NCBI GenBank assembly: GCA_963695125.1
Contig: CAVOFY010000006.1
Location: forward strand, 2,978 to 66,977
DNA length: 64,000 nucleotides
Reading direction: 5' to 3'
Source of the DNA: an uncultured Actinomycetota bacterium
GTDB lineage: Bacteria; Actinomycetota; Actinomycetes; Actinomycetales; Microbacteriaceae
Made by a program: the position numbers and the translations under genes
Notes under the pieces: generated by a model
Told to the model about the DNA's origin: nothing
The model's database searches: none
What the model saw: the letters and a program-made list of their open reading frames with translations, nothing else
In this document: one piece after another, positions 41,507 through 51,329 of the stretch
Position numbering within the stretch: position 1 is the stretch's first letter
How the letters are laid out: every line of letters begins with the position of its first letter

Positions 41507-42286
41507 ATGACCGATCCCGCCGCTCCCACCGCCGACGCCGGCGTCCGGCCCGTGCGGCGCGGGCGCGCCCGCAAGCCGGTGATCCTCGCCGAGGCGATCG
41601 CGGACGGGATCGTGAGCGCCGGGATGCGGCCGGGACACCGGCTGCCGTTCGAAGCCGAGATGGCGGCGCAGTACGGGGCGGGGCGGGCATCCATCCGCGA
41701 ATCCCTGCGCATCCTCGAGGCCGAGGGGATCGTCGAGACCCGCGTGGGGTCGGGTGGAGGCGCCTTCGTCGCACACCCCCGGGCCGAGAGCATCGCGCGT
41801 CCGCTCTCGGTCCTCATGCGCATGAGCGACATCGGCCTGCGAGAGATCCTCGAGGCGCGCCTCATCATCGAGCCCTCGCTCGCCGCCGCCGCGGCGACAC
41901 ACTGCACCACCGAGCAGGCCGAGCGGCTGCTGCGCGCGCACGAAGCCCTCGAGCGCGTGGACGAGGGAGCGGACGAGTGGCGGCGCATGAACCGCGAGTT
42001 CCACACGATGATCGCCGAGGTCGCGGCCAACCGTCCGCTCGCGATGATGTGGGACATCCTGAGCATGATCGCCGACGGCCATGACGCCGGCGTCCGATAC
42101 CCGGCGCATGCGCTGAACGAGGCCGACGCCGCCCACCGCAAGATCGTGCGCGCGATCGCCGCCGGTGACGCCGAGGGCGCTGCCCAGGCCATGGCCACGC
42201 ACCTCGAGGCGATGGCCGACCACGTCGCCCGCTTCTACCCGCACCTGCTGGACGGCCCCATCGCGATCGTCCCCCCGCAGAACTGA
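41507..42286 (+). CDS. GntR/FadR-family regulator
   Basis: GHRLPFEAEMAAQYGAGRASIRESLRILEAEG; FCD domain FHTMI...H. Confidence 0.92.
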   Translation: MTDPAAPTADAGVRPVRRGRARKPVILAEAIADGIVSAGMRPGHRLPFEAEMAAQYGAGRASIRESLRILEAEGIVETRVGSGGGAFVAHPRAESIARPLSVLMRMSDIGLREILEARLIIEPSLAAAAATHCTTEQAERLLRAHEALERVDEGADEWRRMNREFHTMIAEVAANRPLAMMWDILSMIADGHDAGVRYPAHALNEADAAHRKIVRAIAAGDAEGAAQAMATHLEAMADHVARFYPHLLDGPIAIVPPQN

Positions 42287-42311
42287 ACGCACGAGGATCG
42301 AAGGAACGCCA

Positions 42312-43223
42312 ATGACGACGCTGCCCGAATCGGTGGTCATCTACGAGGTCGGCGCCCGCGACGGGCTGCAGAACGAGTCGGTCGCGATCGCGACGCACGA
42401 CAAGATCGACTTCATCCGGCAGCTGGCCGCCGCCGGGCTGACGACGATCGAGGCGACGAGCTTCGTGCACCCGAGATGGGTCCCGCAGCTCGCCGATGCC
42501 GAAGCCGTGCTCGACGGCCTCGACCTGGGCGGCGCCGTGTCGCTCCCCGTGCTCGTGCCGAACGAGCGCGGACTCGACCGCGCGCTCGCAGCCGGCGTCG
42601 ACCACATCGCGATCTTCGGCAGTGCGACGGAGAGCTTCGCCCAGAAGAACCTCAATCGCTCGATCGACGGGCAGTTCGAGATGTTCGCATCGACGGTGGA
42701 TCGTGCACGCGCCGAGGGGATGCAGGTGCGCGCCTATGTGTCGATGTGCTTCGGCGACCCGTGGGAGGGCGACGTGCCCATCGCGCAGGTCGTCGACGTC
42801 GGCCGGCGACTCTACGACCTCGGCGCCTCGCAGCTGTCGATCGGCGACACGCTCGGACTGGCGACCCCCGGGCGCGTGCACGACCTCATCGAGGCCTTCG
42901 GCTCGGCGGGCCTCGGACCCGACGAGCTCGCGGTGCACTTCCACGACACGTACGGCCAGGCGCTCGCGAACTCCTTCGCGGCGCTCGAGGCCGGAATCCG
43001 CACCTTCGACTCATCCGCAGGCGGCCTCGGCGGCTGCCCCTACGCCCCCGGCGCGGCGGGCAACCTCGCGACCGAGGACCTCGTGTGGATGCTCGATGGA
43101 CTCGGGATCCGCAGCGGAGTCGACGTGCGCGCCCTCGCCCGCACGAGCACGTGGATGGCCGAGAAGCTCGGCCGCCCGTCGACCTCCCGCGTCGTGCAGG
43201 CACTCGCCGCGCAGGACCTCTGA
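42312..43223 (+). CDS. Hydroxymethylglutaryl-CoA lyase family
   Basis: EVGARDGLQNE, HFHDTYG, GLGGCPYAPGAAGNLATED. Confidence 0.92.
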   Translation: MTTLPESVVIYEVGARDGLQNESVAIATHDKIDFIRQLAAAGLTTIEATSFVHPRWVPQLADAEAVLDGLDLGGAVSLPVLVPNERGLDRALAAGVDHIAIFGSATESFAQKNLNRSIDGQFEMFASTVDRARAEGMQVRAYVSMCFGDPWEGDVPIAQVVDVGRRLYDLGASQLSIGDTLGLATPGRVHDLIEAFGSAGLGPDELAVHFHDTYGQALANSFAALEAGIRTFDSSAGGLGGCPYAPGAAGNLATEDLVWMLDGLGIRSGVDVRALARTSTWMAEKLGRPSTSRVVQALAAQDL

Positions 43224-43256
43224 GACCACCCCCTCCCACCGATCACCAGGAGAGCC

Positions 43257-43742
43257 ATGACTGTGCACACGCGGCGGGGCCGCTACTACGAAGAGATGAT
43301 CACGGGCGACGTGTTCGAGCACGAGCCCGGCCGGACGATCACCGAGGCCGACAACGTGCTGTTCAGCAGCATGACGCTCAACTCCCAGTCCCTTCACCTG
43401 GATGCCGTGAAGTCCGCCGAGTCGGAGTTCGGACAGCGCCTGGTCAACAGCATGCTCACGCTGGCGATCGTGTGCAGCATCGGCGGCCCGGACGTGACCC
43501 AGAAGACCACGATCGCCAACCTCGGCTTCCAGGGGATCGACTTCCCCGCCCCCGTCTTCATCGGCGACACGATCTACAGCGAGACGGTCATCGGCGAGAA
43601 GCGCCTGTCGAAGTCCCGCCCGGGTCAGGGCATCGTGACACTCGAGCACCGCGGCCGCAATCAGGACGGCGTGCTCGTGTGCCGGGCCGTGCGCACCGCG
43701 CTCGTGCGCTGCATCCCCGAGTCGGAGTCGGCACCGGCATGA
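43257..43742 (+). CDS. MaoC-family enoyl-CoA hydratase
   Basis: GRTITEADNVLF..MTLN.Q.LHLD, PVFIGDT. Confidence 0.9.
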   Translation: MTVHTRRGRYYEEMITGDVFEHEPGRTITEADNVLFSSMTLNSQSLHLDAVKSAESEFGQRLVNSMLTLAIVCSIGGPDVTQKTTIANLGFQGIDFPAPVFIGDTIYSETVIGEKRLSKSRPGQGIVTLEHRGRNQDGVLVCRAVRTALVRCIPESESAPA

Positions 43743-44216
43743 GCGATCGACTGGAACAGCTCGAACGGCGTCTTCAGGAGCTGGAGAGCGTGCGCGCCAT
43801 CGAAGCGCTCGCGACGCGGTACCACACGCTCTGCGACGGCGGATGGGCGGGGCCCAGCCACCCCGATCCCGACGCGCTGGCGGACCTGTGGACTCCCGAG
43901 GGTGTCTACAGCATCAATCCGCGGCGCCCCGCGTGCCGGGGTCGCGACCAGATCCGCGATCAGTTCGTCCGGCTGCAGTCATCCATGCCCTGGATCCTGC
44001 ACACCTTCACCAACAGCGACATCGAGGTCGACGGCGACACAGCGCGCGGAGTCTTCAAGGGCACGGCCTACTACCGCCGGGACGGCGGCAGCCACATCGT
44101 CGTCGGCTCGTACCTCGGCGAGTTCGTGCGGACCGACGATGGCTGGCGTTTCCAGCTCGTGGATCGCCGATCTCGCCCACGGCTCGGTCCTGTCGATCGA
44201 CGAGGGCGCGTCATGA
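43739..44216 (+). CDS. NTF2/SnoaL-like protein (BaiE/LinA type; frameshift near 44155)
   Basis: RYHTLCD, DLWTPEG, GRDQI, LHTFTNSDIEVDGDTA, GWRF. Confidence 0.8.
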
Positions 44217-45094
44217 CCCTCCCCGAGGGGCCGTGGGGCGTGTGGGCCACCGGTCTGCGCCTGCGAGAGGCGGGCACGGCGATGGAGGCCGCTCGCGCGC
44301 TCGAGGCGGCCGGCTACTCGGCGCTGTGGATGACCGGCGGGGCGTCCAACCCGTTCGAGCGCGTCCGCGATCTGCTCGGCGCGACCTCGCGGATCGTCGT
44401 GGCGACCGGCATCCTGAGCATCTGGACGATGACGCCCGACGAGGTCGCCACCGAGGTCGCCCTCCTCGCGCCCGCCGATCGGGAGCGGTTCGTCCTGGGG
44501 CTCGGGGTCAGCCACGCGTCGCTCGTGGACCGCGCCGAGCCCGGCCGCTACGGCAAGCCGCTCAGCCGGATGCGCGAGTACCTCGACGACCTCGATCGCA
44601 TCGATCCGTCGCTCGCGCGACAGGGCGTGCTCGCGGCGCTCGGGCCCCGCATGCTCGACCTCGCCGCGACCCGCACGGCCGGCGCGCACCCGTACCTCAC
44701 GACGCCCGAGCACACGGCCGAGGCCCGCACACTCCTGGGCGAGGCGCCCTTCCTCGCGCCGACGCAGATGATCGTCCGCGAGGCCGATCCCGCGGCCGCA
44801 CGGCAGGCGGCGCGGCGCCACCTCTCGCTGTACCTGGGACAGCCGAACTACGTCTCCAGCTGGATCCGCCTCGGGTTCTCGCCCGACGACGTCGCCGACG
44901 GCGGCTCGGACGCGCTCGTGGATTCGCTCGTCGCGTGGGGCGACGACGAGACCATCGCTCGTCGGCTGCGCGAGCACCTCGACGCAGGCGCCGACCATGT
45001 GTGCGTCCAGGCGCTGGATCGCGAACTGGGCTGGCGCGACAAGCCCTTCCCCGTCGAGGACTGGCTGAGGCTCGCACCCACGCTCTTCGCGTAG
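44213..45094 (+). CDS. Luciferase-like (LLM) oxidoreductase, probably F420-dependent
   Basis: VATGILSIW, LGLGVSH, LAALGPRML, GAHPYLTTPEHT, GADHVCVQ. Confidence 0.87.
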   Translation: MTLPEGPWGVWATGLRLREAGTAMEAARALEAAGYSALWMTGGASNPFERVRDLLGATSRIVVATGILSIWTMTPDEVATEVALLAPADRERFVLGLGVSHASLVDRAEPGRYGKPLSRMREYLDDLDRIDPSLARQGVLAALGPRMLDLAATRTAGAHPYLTTPEHTAEARTLLGEAPFLAPTQMIVREADPAAARQAARRHLSLYLGQPNYVSSWIRLGFSPDDVADGGSDALVDSLVAWGDDETIARRLREHLDAGADHVCVQALDRELGWRDKPFPVEDWLRLAPTLFA

Positions 45095-45099
45095 GCGGC

Positions 45100-46248
45100 T
45101 CAGACGGTCGCGTCGCTCCCGAGGACGAGCGTTCCCGAGCTCATGAACATGCCGCCGACGCCGGTCGCGACACTGATGTCGACCCCCTCGACCTGCGCGG
45201 CTGCCGTGCCCCGGACCTGTCGCACGGATTCCTGGATGGCGAACATCCCGTACATTCCGGTGTGGGTGTAGGCGAGGCCGCCACCGTTCGTGTTGAGGGG
45301 AAGGCTGCCGCCGGGGGCCGTGTTGCGCTCCTCGATGAAGGCAGGGGCCTCGCCGCGGCCGACGAAGCCGAGGTCCTCGAGACCGTAGATCGGCACGTGC
45401 GCGAATGCGTCGTAGATCATGAGGTGGTCGACCTCGTCGTGGCGCACTCCCGCCTGCGCGAACGCACGCTCGCCGCCGATGCGGATCGCGCGCGAGGAGG
45501 TCAGGCTCTCGAGTCCCGCGACGACCGAGGACTCGCTCGACTCGCCGGCGCCCAGGACGTAGACGGGTCGCGAAGCGAGCTCGCGTGCCCGCTCGGCCGA
45601 TGTGATGACGAGGGCGCCGCCGCCGTCGGTGACGAGGCAGCAGTGCATGAGGTGGATCGGGTCGGCGATGACGGGCGACGCGAAGACGTCCTCCACCGTG
45701 ATGAGGTCACGGAGCTTCGCGCGCGGGTTCTTGGCCGCCCACTCGCGCTGGATGACGGGGACCATCGCGAGCTGCTCGCGGGTCATGCCGTACTGGGCCA
45801 TGTAGCGACGGACGCCCATGGGGAACAGCGACGGCGCGCCGACCGGTCCGTACGGCACCTCGAACTGCCCCATCGCCGATTGCGGCGCGGGCGCCCAGGG
45901 AACCATCCCGACGCGCGATCGACCCGACTCGCCGTGCGTCACGAGGACCGTGGTGCACAGGCCCGCCGTGATCGCGGCCATCGCGTGACGGACGTGCAGC
46001 ATGTACGACGAGCCGCCCACGTTGGTGCCGTCGAGGTATTCGGGCACGATCCCGAGGTAGTCCGCGACATCCACCGGCATCTCGCCGGCCGACGCGACGC
46101 CGTCGATGTCGGCGGGCGTCAGGCCGCAGTCGGCGAGCGCGTTGAGCGCCGCGTCCACGTGCAGCTCGAGGGCCGACTTGCCGGGGATGCGGCCGAGATC
46201 GGTGCTTTCGGCGGCTCCGACGATCGCCACTGCTCCGCGCAACGTCAC
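45100..46248 (-). CDS. Thiolase-fold protein lacking the nucleophilic Cys (Ltp2/SCP2-type)
   Basis: TNVGGSS at the Cys position, CCLVTDGG, IYDAF, NTNGGGL..TH. Confidence 0.85.
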   Translation of the reverse strand: MTLRGAVAIVGAAESTDLGRIPGKSALELHVDAALNALADCGLTPADIDGVASAGEMPVDVADYLGIVPEYLDGTNVGGSSYMLHVRHAMAAITAGLCTTVLVTHGESGRSRVGMVPWAPAPQSAMGQFEVPYGPVGAPSLFPMGVRRYMAQYGMTREQLAMVPVIQREWAAKNPRAKLRDLITVEDVFASPVIADPIHLMHCCLVTDGGGALVITSAERARELASRPVYVLGAGESSESSVVAGLESLTSSRAIRIGGERAFAQAGVRHDEVDHLMIYDAFAHVPIYGLEDLGFVGRGEAPAFIEERNTAPGGSLPLNTNGGGLAYTHTGMYGMFAIQESVRQVRGTAAAQVEGVDISVATGVGGMFMSSGTLVLGSDATV

Positions 46249-46640
46249 TTCTGCTCCCCCTCCGGTGCGAAGTGGACGACTCTGCGATCCCCCCGCTGCT
46301 CGAACACGACCCGGACGGGCGCATCCACTTCCAGTGACTCGAGCTCGTCGGTCACGATGCCCGCCATCATGTGCGGCCCCTCGGCGAGTTCGACGACCCC
46401 GAGCGCGTACGGCGCTTCGAAGCCCGCGGGCCCGCGATGGTTGACGACGAACGACAGCAGCGTCCCGGTGCCGGCGGCTGTCACGAGCTCGATCGAACGA
46501 CCACCGCAGCGCGGGCAGGAGCTGCGCGGGTACAGGAAGAACGCCGCGCAGGCGGTGCAACGGGGCACGGTCAGCTCGCCGGCGTCGATCCGGTCGAACC
46601 ATTCCTGCGTATCGGGGGTCGGGGGTGCGACGGGCTTCAT
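46245..46640 (-). CDS. DUF35 Zn-ribbon/OB-fold protein
   Basis: CTAC...YPR..CPRC, VELAEGP; coupled to the thiolase gene. Confidence 0.9.
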   Translation of the reverse strand: MKPVAPPTPDTQEWFDRIDAGELTVPRCTACAAFFLYPRSSCPRCGGRSIELVTAAGTGTLLSFVVNHRGPAGFEAPYALGVVELAEGPHMMAGIVTDELESLEVDAPVRVVFEQRGDRRVVHFAPEGEQK

Positions 46641-46644
46641 GACA

Positions 46645-48190
46645 TCACTTCTCGATCAGTTCGGGCAGGAGGTGCTTGCGGAGCTTGCCGTTCTCACCTC
46701 GTGGCAGGGCGCTGACGACCTCGACGCGCCGGGGGACCTTGAACCGCGCGAGCCGCTGACCGAGGAACTCGAGCAGCGCCGCCGTGCCCGCGTCGGGCGA
46801 GACCGCGAGCGGCGAGCCGTCGACGGCCTCCACGACGGCGCAGACCGTCTCTCCCCATTCGGGGTCGGGTACGCCGATGACGCCGGCGTCGCGGATGTCG
46901 GGATGCTCGAGCAGCACTGCCTCGATCTCGGCGGGGTAGACGTTGACACCGCCCGAGACGATGACTTCGGAGACGCGCGCGAGGAGGTACAGGTAGCCGT
47001 CCTCGTCGAGGCGTCCCACATCGCCGACCGTGACGAAGTCGCCGTGGCGACCCTGCTGCGGTCTTGCTCGGGTCACCGCGGTACTCGAAGGCGTGCGCTC
47101 CCATCCGCAGGAACACCGCCCCCGTCTCGCCGACGGGCACGTCGTTGCGTTCGGCATCCAGAATCCGCACCTCGGCACCAGGCTGCGGGCGACCGACGCT
47201 GCCGGGACGCTCGAGCCACTCGCGCGTGCTGATGACGGTCCCGGCGGCTTCGGTCGCGCCGTAGTACTCCCACACGACGTCGCCGAACCACGCGATCGTC
47301 GCGCGCTTGACGGCTTCGGGGCACGGGCCTGCGCCGTGCACGAGGTTGCGCATCGAGCTCACGTCGTAGCTCGCACGGATCTCTTCGGGCAGCCGGAGCA
47401 GGCGGTGCAGCTGAGTGGGGACCATGTGCGTCGTCGTGACGCGCTGGTCCTGGATGCGGCGCAGCACACCCTCGGCGTCGAACCGATCGGTGAGGACGAC
47501 GGTGTGGCCGAAGTGCAGCGACGTCACGGCGAGCCCGCTCACGGCGGTGTGGCTGAGCGGCGACGTCACCAGGTGCACGCCCGAGTTGAGCGGCTCGATC
47601 TCGAACATGCCGAGCTGCCACTGTGCGCCGGCCGCGAAGACATCGTCGGGGTCGCCGAGCGCGAGCCTGCGCGCCACACCCTTGGGCCTGCCCGTCGTTC
47701 CCGACGTGTAACCGAGGAAGGCTCCCGGTGTGCGGTCCTGCGGTGCGTGGACCGGGTGATCCTCGAGGACCGTCCGGAGGTCGCGGAACCCCGCGTCTCC
47801 CGCGAACGAGAAGCAGACCTCGGGAGGGAGCCCCGCGTCGACAGCCGCCTCGCGAACGACGCCGGCGAGCCGGGAGGACGTGAAGACCGCGACGGGCGCG
47901 GCATCTCCGATGATGTAGGCGATCTCACTCGCGGTCAGCGCCGTGTTGACCGGGACGTAGTACGCACCGCTCTGCTGGCAGGCGAGCGCGAGCGCGAGCG
48001 CGAAGGGCTCGTTCGTGACGACGCCCACCACGCGGTCGCCCGTCGTGAGACCGAGGCTCTTGAGCAGATGCGAGAGTCCGTTCACCCACGCGAGGAGCTC
48101 GCCGCGGCTGACCGTCGTGCCGTCGGCCTCGACGACGGCGACGGCCTCGGGATCGCGGGTCGCGAGGCGCCAGAAGCCGAGCTCGGTCAC
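46645..48190 (-). CDS. Acyl-CoA synthetase (frameshift near 47055)
   Basis: YTSGTTGRPKG, YYGATE, GDVG..DEDGYL, SGGVNVYPAEIE, GKLRK. Confidence 0.9.
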
Positions 48191-49209
48191 CGCGGACCCG
48201 CCCCGAGCCCGGCCAGCAGCTCCTGCGCGAGTGCGCGGCGCAGCGCGCGGGTCGTGCCGTACGCGGCCGACAGGCTCATGACGCGCTTGAGCCACACGTG
48301 CAGGTGGTATTCCCACGTGAAGCCGATGCCGCCGTGCAGCTGGAGCGCCTGCACGTTGGCGAGCTGAGCCGCGTCGCCGGCATACGCCTTGGCCGCGGCG
48401 GCTCGGCGCAACGCGCCGGGCTCGTCGGAGTCGTCGAGAGCCGAGAGGGCAGCCGAGGTGGCCATGTCGGCCATGACCGCGACGTCCGCGATCTTGTGCT
48501 TGACGGCCTGGAAGGATCCGACCGGGCGATCGAACTGCTTGCGGATCCCGACGTAGTCGACGGTGAGCTCGAGCAGTCGGCGCGTGGCTCCGGCGAGCAC
48601 GCACGCGGCTCCCGCGATCGCGATGACGCGTGCGTGCTGCACGGCGTCGGCGGGGATGCTGAGCGCCGTGCCCTCGGCAAGTGGCTCGATCGTCGCGAGG
48701 GGCCGCAGGGCGTCGAGCGCCGCGACGGACGTGATCGTCAGCTCATCGGGCCGGAACGCGCGCACCGTGTCGTCGGCCGCGATGTCGAGCACGAGGTCGG
48801 CATCGCGTGCGAACGCGACGTGATCGGCGCCGTCGAGTCGGATCGCGACGATCGCGTCACCCGCGGCGATCCGCTCGAGCCACCCGGCCGCGTCCGGCCA
48901 GTCCGCTGCGGAGAGGAGGGACGCCGCGATCACGGCCGTCTCGAGGTACGGCTCGGGAACGGCGTGGCGTCCGAAGCTGTAGAGCACACCCGACAGATGG
49001 GACGCGGTCAGCCCGATGCCGCCGTGGTCCTCGGCGACCAGGGCCGAGGTCAGGCCCGCTTCGGCGATCCGGGACCACAGCTCGGCGCTGTGCGCCGTGC
49101 CGCCGTCGAGGCTCGCGCGCAGGTGGTCGACGGTGCAGAACTTCCCGAGCAGGTCTTCGCTCAGCTCTGTCAGTTCGCGTCGCTCGGTGTCGAGGACGGA
49201 TTCGATCAT
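48187..49209 (-). CDS. Acyl-CoA dehydrogenase, short beta-type subunit
   Basis: RKQFDRPVGSFQAVKH, LQLHGGIGFTWE; degenerate N-terminal half; coupled to the alpha subunit. Confidence 0.85.
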   Translation of the reverse strand: MIESVLDTERRELTELSEDLLGKFCTVDHLRASLDGGTAHSAELWSRIAEAGLTSALVAEDHGGIGLTASHLSGVLYSFGRHAVPEPYLETAVIAASLLSAADWPDAAGWLERIAAGDAIVAIRLDGADHVAFARDADLVLDIAADDTVRAFRPDELTITSVAALDALRPLATIEPLAEGTALSIPADAVQHARVIAIAGAACVLAGATRRLLELTVDYVGIRKQFDRPVGSFQAVKHKIADVAVMADMATSAALSALDDSDEPGALRRAAAAKAYAGDAAQLANVQALQLHGGIGFTWEYHLHVWLKRVMSLSAAYGTTRALRRALAQELLAGLGAGPR

Positions 49210-50408
49210 TTGCGGCTCTCCATGGGAAGACCGAGCACGCGCTCGCTGATGATGTTTCGCTGGATCTCGTTCGTGCCGCCGAAGATCATCGCGGCGCGGG
49301 AGTACCAGTACCGGTGGTGCCAGTCCTGCCACGCGCGGAGCGTGCGATCGTCGGCGCCCGGCAGTGCGCTCGGATCGCCGACGACGGCGGCGTCGGCCTC
49401 GAGCAGGCGCAGCCCCGTGTCGAAGATGTCGAACTGCATCTGGGTCCAGTAGATCTTGTTGATGCTCGCGGTCGCGGTCAGATCCGCCCCCCGCTCGGCG
49501 AGTTCCGCCAGGCGGTAGACGTTCGCACGGTAGACCTCGGTCTCGACGAGGACCCGTCCGAGCTCGTCGAGGACGGCGGAGTCCTCGTCGAGACCGCGCG
49601 CCGCGACGAGGCCGGCGAGGTTGGCGACGTCCTTCGAGAACTTGGCGTGATCGCCGAAGACGGCACCGCGCTCGAACCCGAGGGTCGACATCGCGACGGC
49701 CCAGCCGCCGCCGATCTCGCCGACGACGTTCTCGACGGGAACCCGGACATCCGTGAAGAAGATCTCGGCGAACCCCTGTGTCCCGTCGACCATCGTGAGG
49801 GGTCGCACCTCGACGCCCGGGGAGCGCAGATCGATGCACAGGAACGTGATGCCGGCGTGCTTGCGCGCGGCGCCGGCCACGGGGTCCGTGCGCACGAGGG
49901 CGAAGATCCAGTCGGCGAAGCCGCCCATCGACGTCCAGATCTTCTGGCCGTTGACGACGAACTCGTCGCCGTCGCGATCGGCGCGTGTGCGCAGCGACGC
50001 GAGGTCGGATCCCGATTCGGGTTCGCTGAAGCCCTGGCACCAGATGGTGCGGCAGCTGAGGATGTCGGGGATCCACCGCGCGCACTGCTCGGGGGTGCCG
50101 TGCTGCATGAGGACGGGTCCGAGCAGGTAGAGACCGCCCATGTTGATGCGCTCGGGCGCGCCGGCGCGGTAGTACTCCTCGCCGAAGACGATCGAGCGCT
50201 TGAGGCCCGCGTCACGCCCGCCGTACTCGGAGGGCCAGTCGATCGCCGCGTAGCCGCCCTCGAAGAGGACCTTCTCCCACTGGCGGTGCAGGTCGAAGCC
50301 CTCGCGCTGGGTCCAGGACGGCAGCGGCTCGGCGGGGACGTTGGCCTCGAGCCACGCACGCACCTCGTGGCGGAAGTCGTCGATCTCGATGTCGCGCTCC
50401 CCGCTCAT
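49206..50408 (-). CDS. Acyl-CoA dehydrogenase, alpha-type subunit (FadE30/IpdE1/ChsE-like)
   Basis: WCQGFSEPESGSDLASLRTRA, TLGFERG, IFGGTNEIQRNII. Confidence 0.9.
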   Translation of the reverse strand: MSGERDIEIDDFRHEVRAWLEANVPAEPLPSWTQREGFDLHRQWEKVLFEGGYAAIDWPSEYGGRDAGLKRSIVFGEEYYRAGAPERINMGGLYLLGPVLMQHGTPEQCARWIPDILSCRTIWCQGFSEPESGSDLASLRTRADRDGDEFVVNGQKIWTSMGGFADWIFALVRTDPVAGAARKHAGITFLCIDLRSPGVEVRPLTMVDGTQGFAEIFFTDVRVPVENVVGEIGGGWAVAMSTLGFERGAVFGDHAKFSKDVANLAGLVAARGLDEDSAVLDELGRVLVETEVYRANVYRLAELAERGADLTATASINKIYWTQMQFDIFDTGLRLLEADAAVVGDPSALPGADDRTLRAWQDWHHRYWYSRAAMIFGGTNEIQRNIISERVLGLPMESRK

Positions 50409-51328
50409 GCTGCGAGCCCCAGGATTTTCGAGACGGCCGACATCGTGTCGGCGTAGGAGTGCGCCTCGGTGCGCAGCGAGACGTTGACGGCATCGGCACC
50501 GAGCTTGACGTAGCCCTCGACGATCGCGGGAAGCGCCTCGAGGTCGCCGCTGAAGCGCAGTCCCGCGATGACCTTCTGGTCTTCGATGTCGCGCCCGGCC
50601 TCCTCGAGGTGCCGGCGGTATGTCGCGTAGTGCTCGGCGAACTCGGGCATCGTGAGGTTCCACGGGTACCAGCCGGTCGCGACCTGTCCCGCGCGGCGGA
50701 TCGCCGCCCGCGAGTGGCCGCCGACGAGCATCCTCGGGAACGCATGTGCCGTGGGGGGAAGGACACCCGCCTCATCGGCCCAGATCTCGGGAAGCGCGAT
50801 CATCATGTCTTCGCACCGCCGACCGCGCGTCGTGAAGTCTGACTCGCAGGCTTCGACCTCCTCCGACGACCAGCCGACTCCGACCCCGAGGTCGAGGCGG
50901 TCGTCGGTCAGCTCGCTCACCATCCGCAGCTCGCGCGCGATGGCGTGCGGGTTGCGAAGCGGCAGCAGCATCACGGAACTGCCGAACCGCAGGGTCGTGG
51001 TTGCCGCACAGACGTGCAGCGCGGTCTGGAACAGGTCCAGCAGCCCTTGATCGGCGGATGCCTCGACCCGCGGCTTGCCGTCGACCGTCTCGTTGTGGAC
51101 CTCGGCGGTGTCGGGGTTCGTCGCCGACGGAGCCGACGGATAGGGGTAGGCCGACTCGTAGTGGTCGAAGAAGAGGATGTGCTCGGGCAGCCAGATCCCG
51201 GTGAAGCCCCGGTCCTCGGCCGTCTTCGCGAAGGCCTGGATGAACTCGGGCCCGCGCTCGGGCGAGCCGTCGAACAGGTCGACGAGACCGATCTCGACCG
51301 GCTTGCCCTTCATCGTGAGAGACGCCAC
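50405..51328 (-). CDS. LLM-class flavin/F420-dependent oxidoreductase
   Basis: GFTGIWLPEH, LPLRNP, LGVGVGW..EE, VGGHS.AA.RRA. Confidence 0.8.
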   Translation of the reverse strand: MASLTMKGKPVEIGLVDLFDGSPERGPEFIQAFAKTAEDRGFTGIWLPEHILFFDHYESAYPYPSAPSATNPDTAEVHNETVDGKPRVEASADQGLLDLFQTALHVCAATTTLRFGSSVMLLPLRNPHAIARELRMVSELTDDRLDLGVGVGWSSEEVEACESDFTTRGRRCEDMMIALPEIWADEAGVLPPTAHAFPRMLVGGHSRAAIRRAGQVATGWYPWNLTMPEFAEHYATYRRHLEEAGRDIEDQKVIAGLRFSGDLEALPAIVEGYVKLGADAVNVSLRTEAHSYADTMSAVSKILGLAA

Positions 51329-51329
51329 G

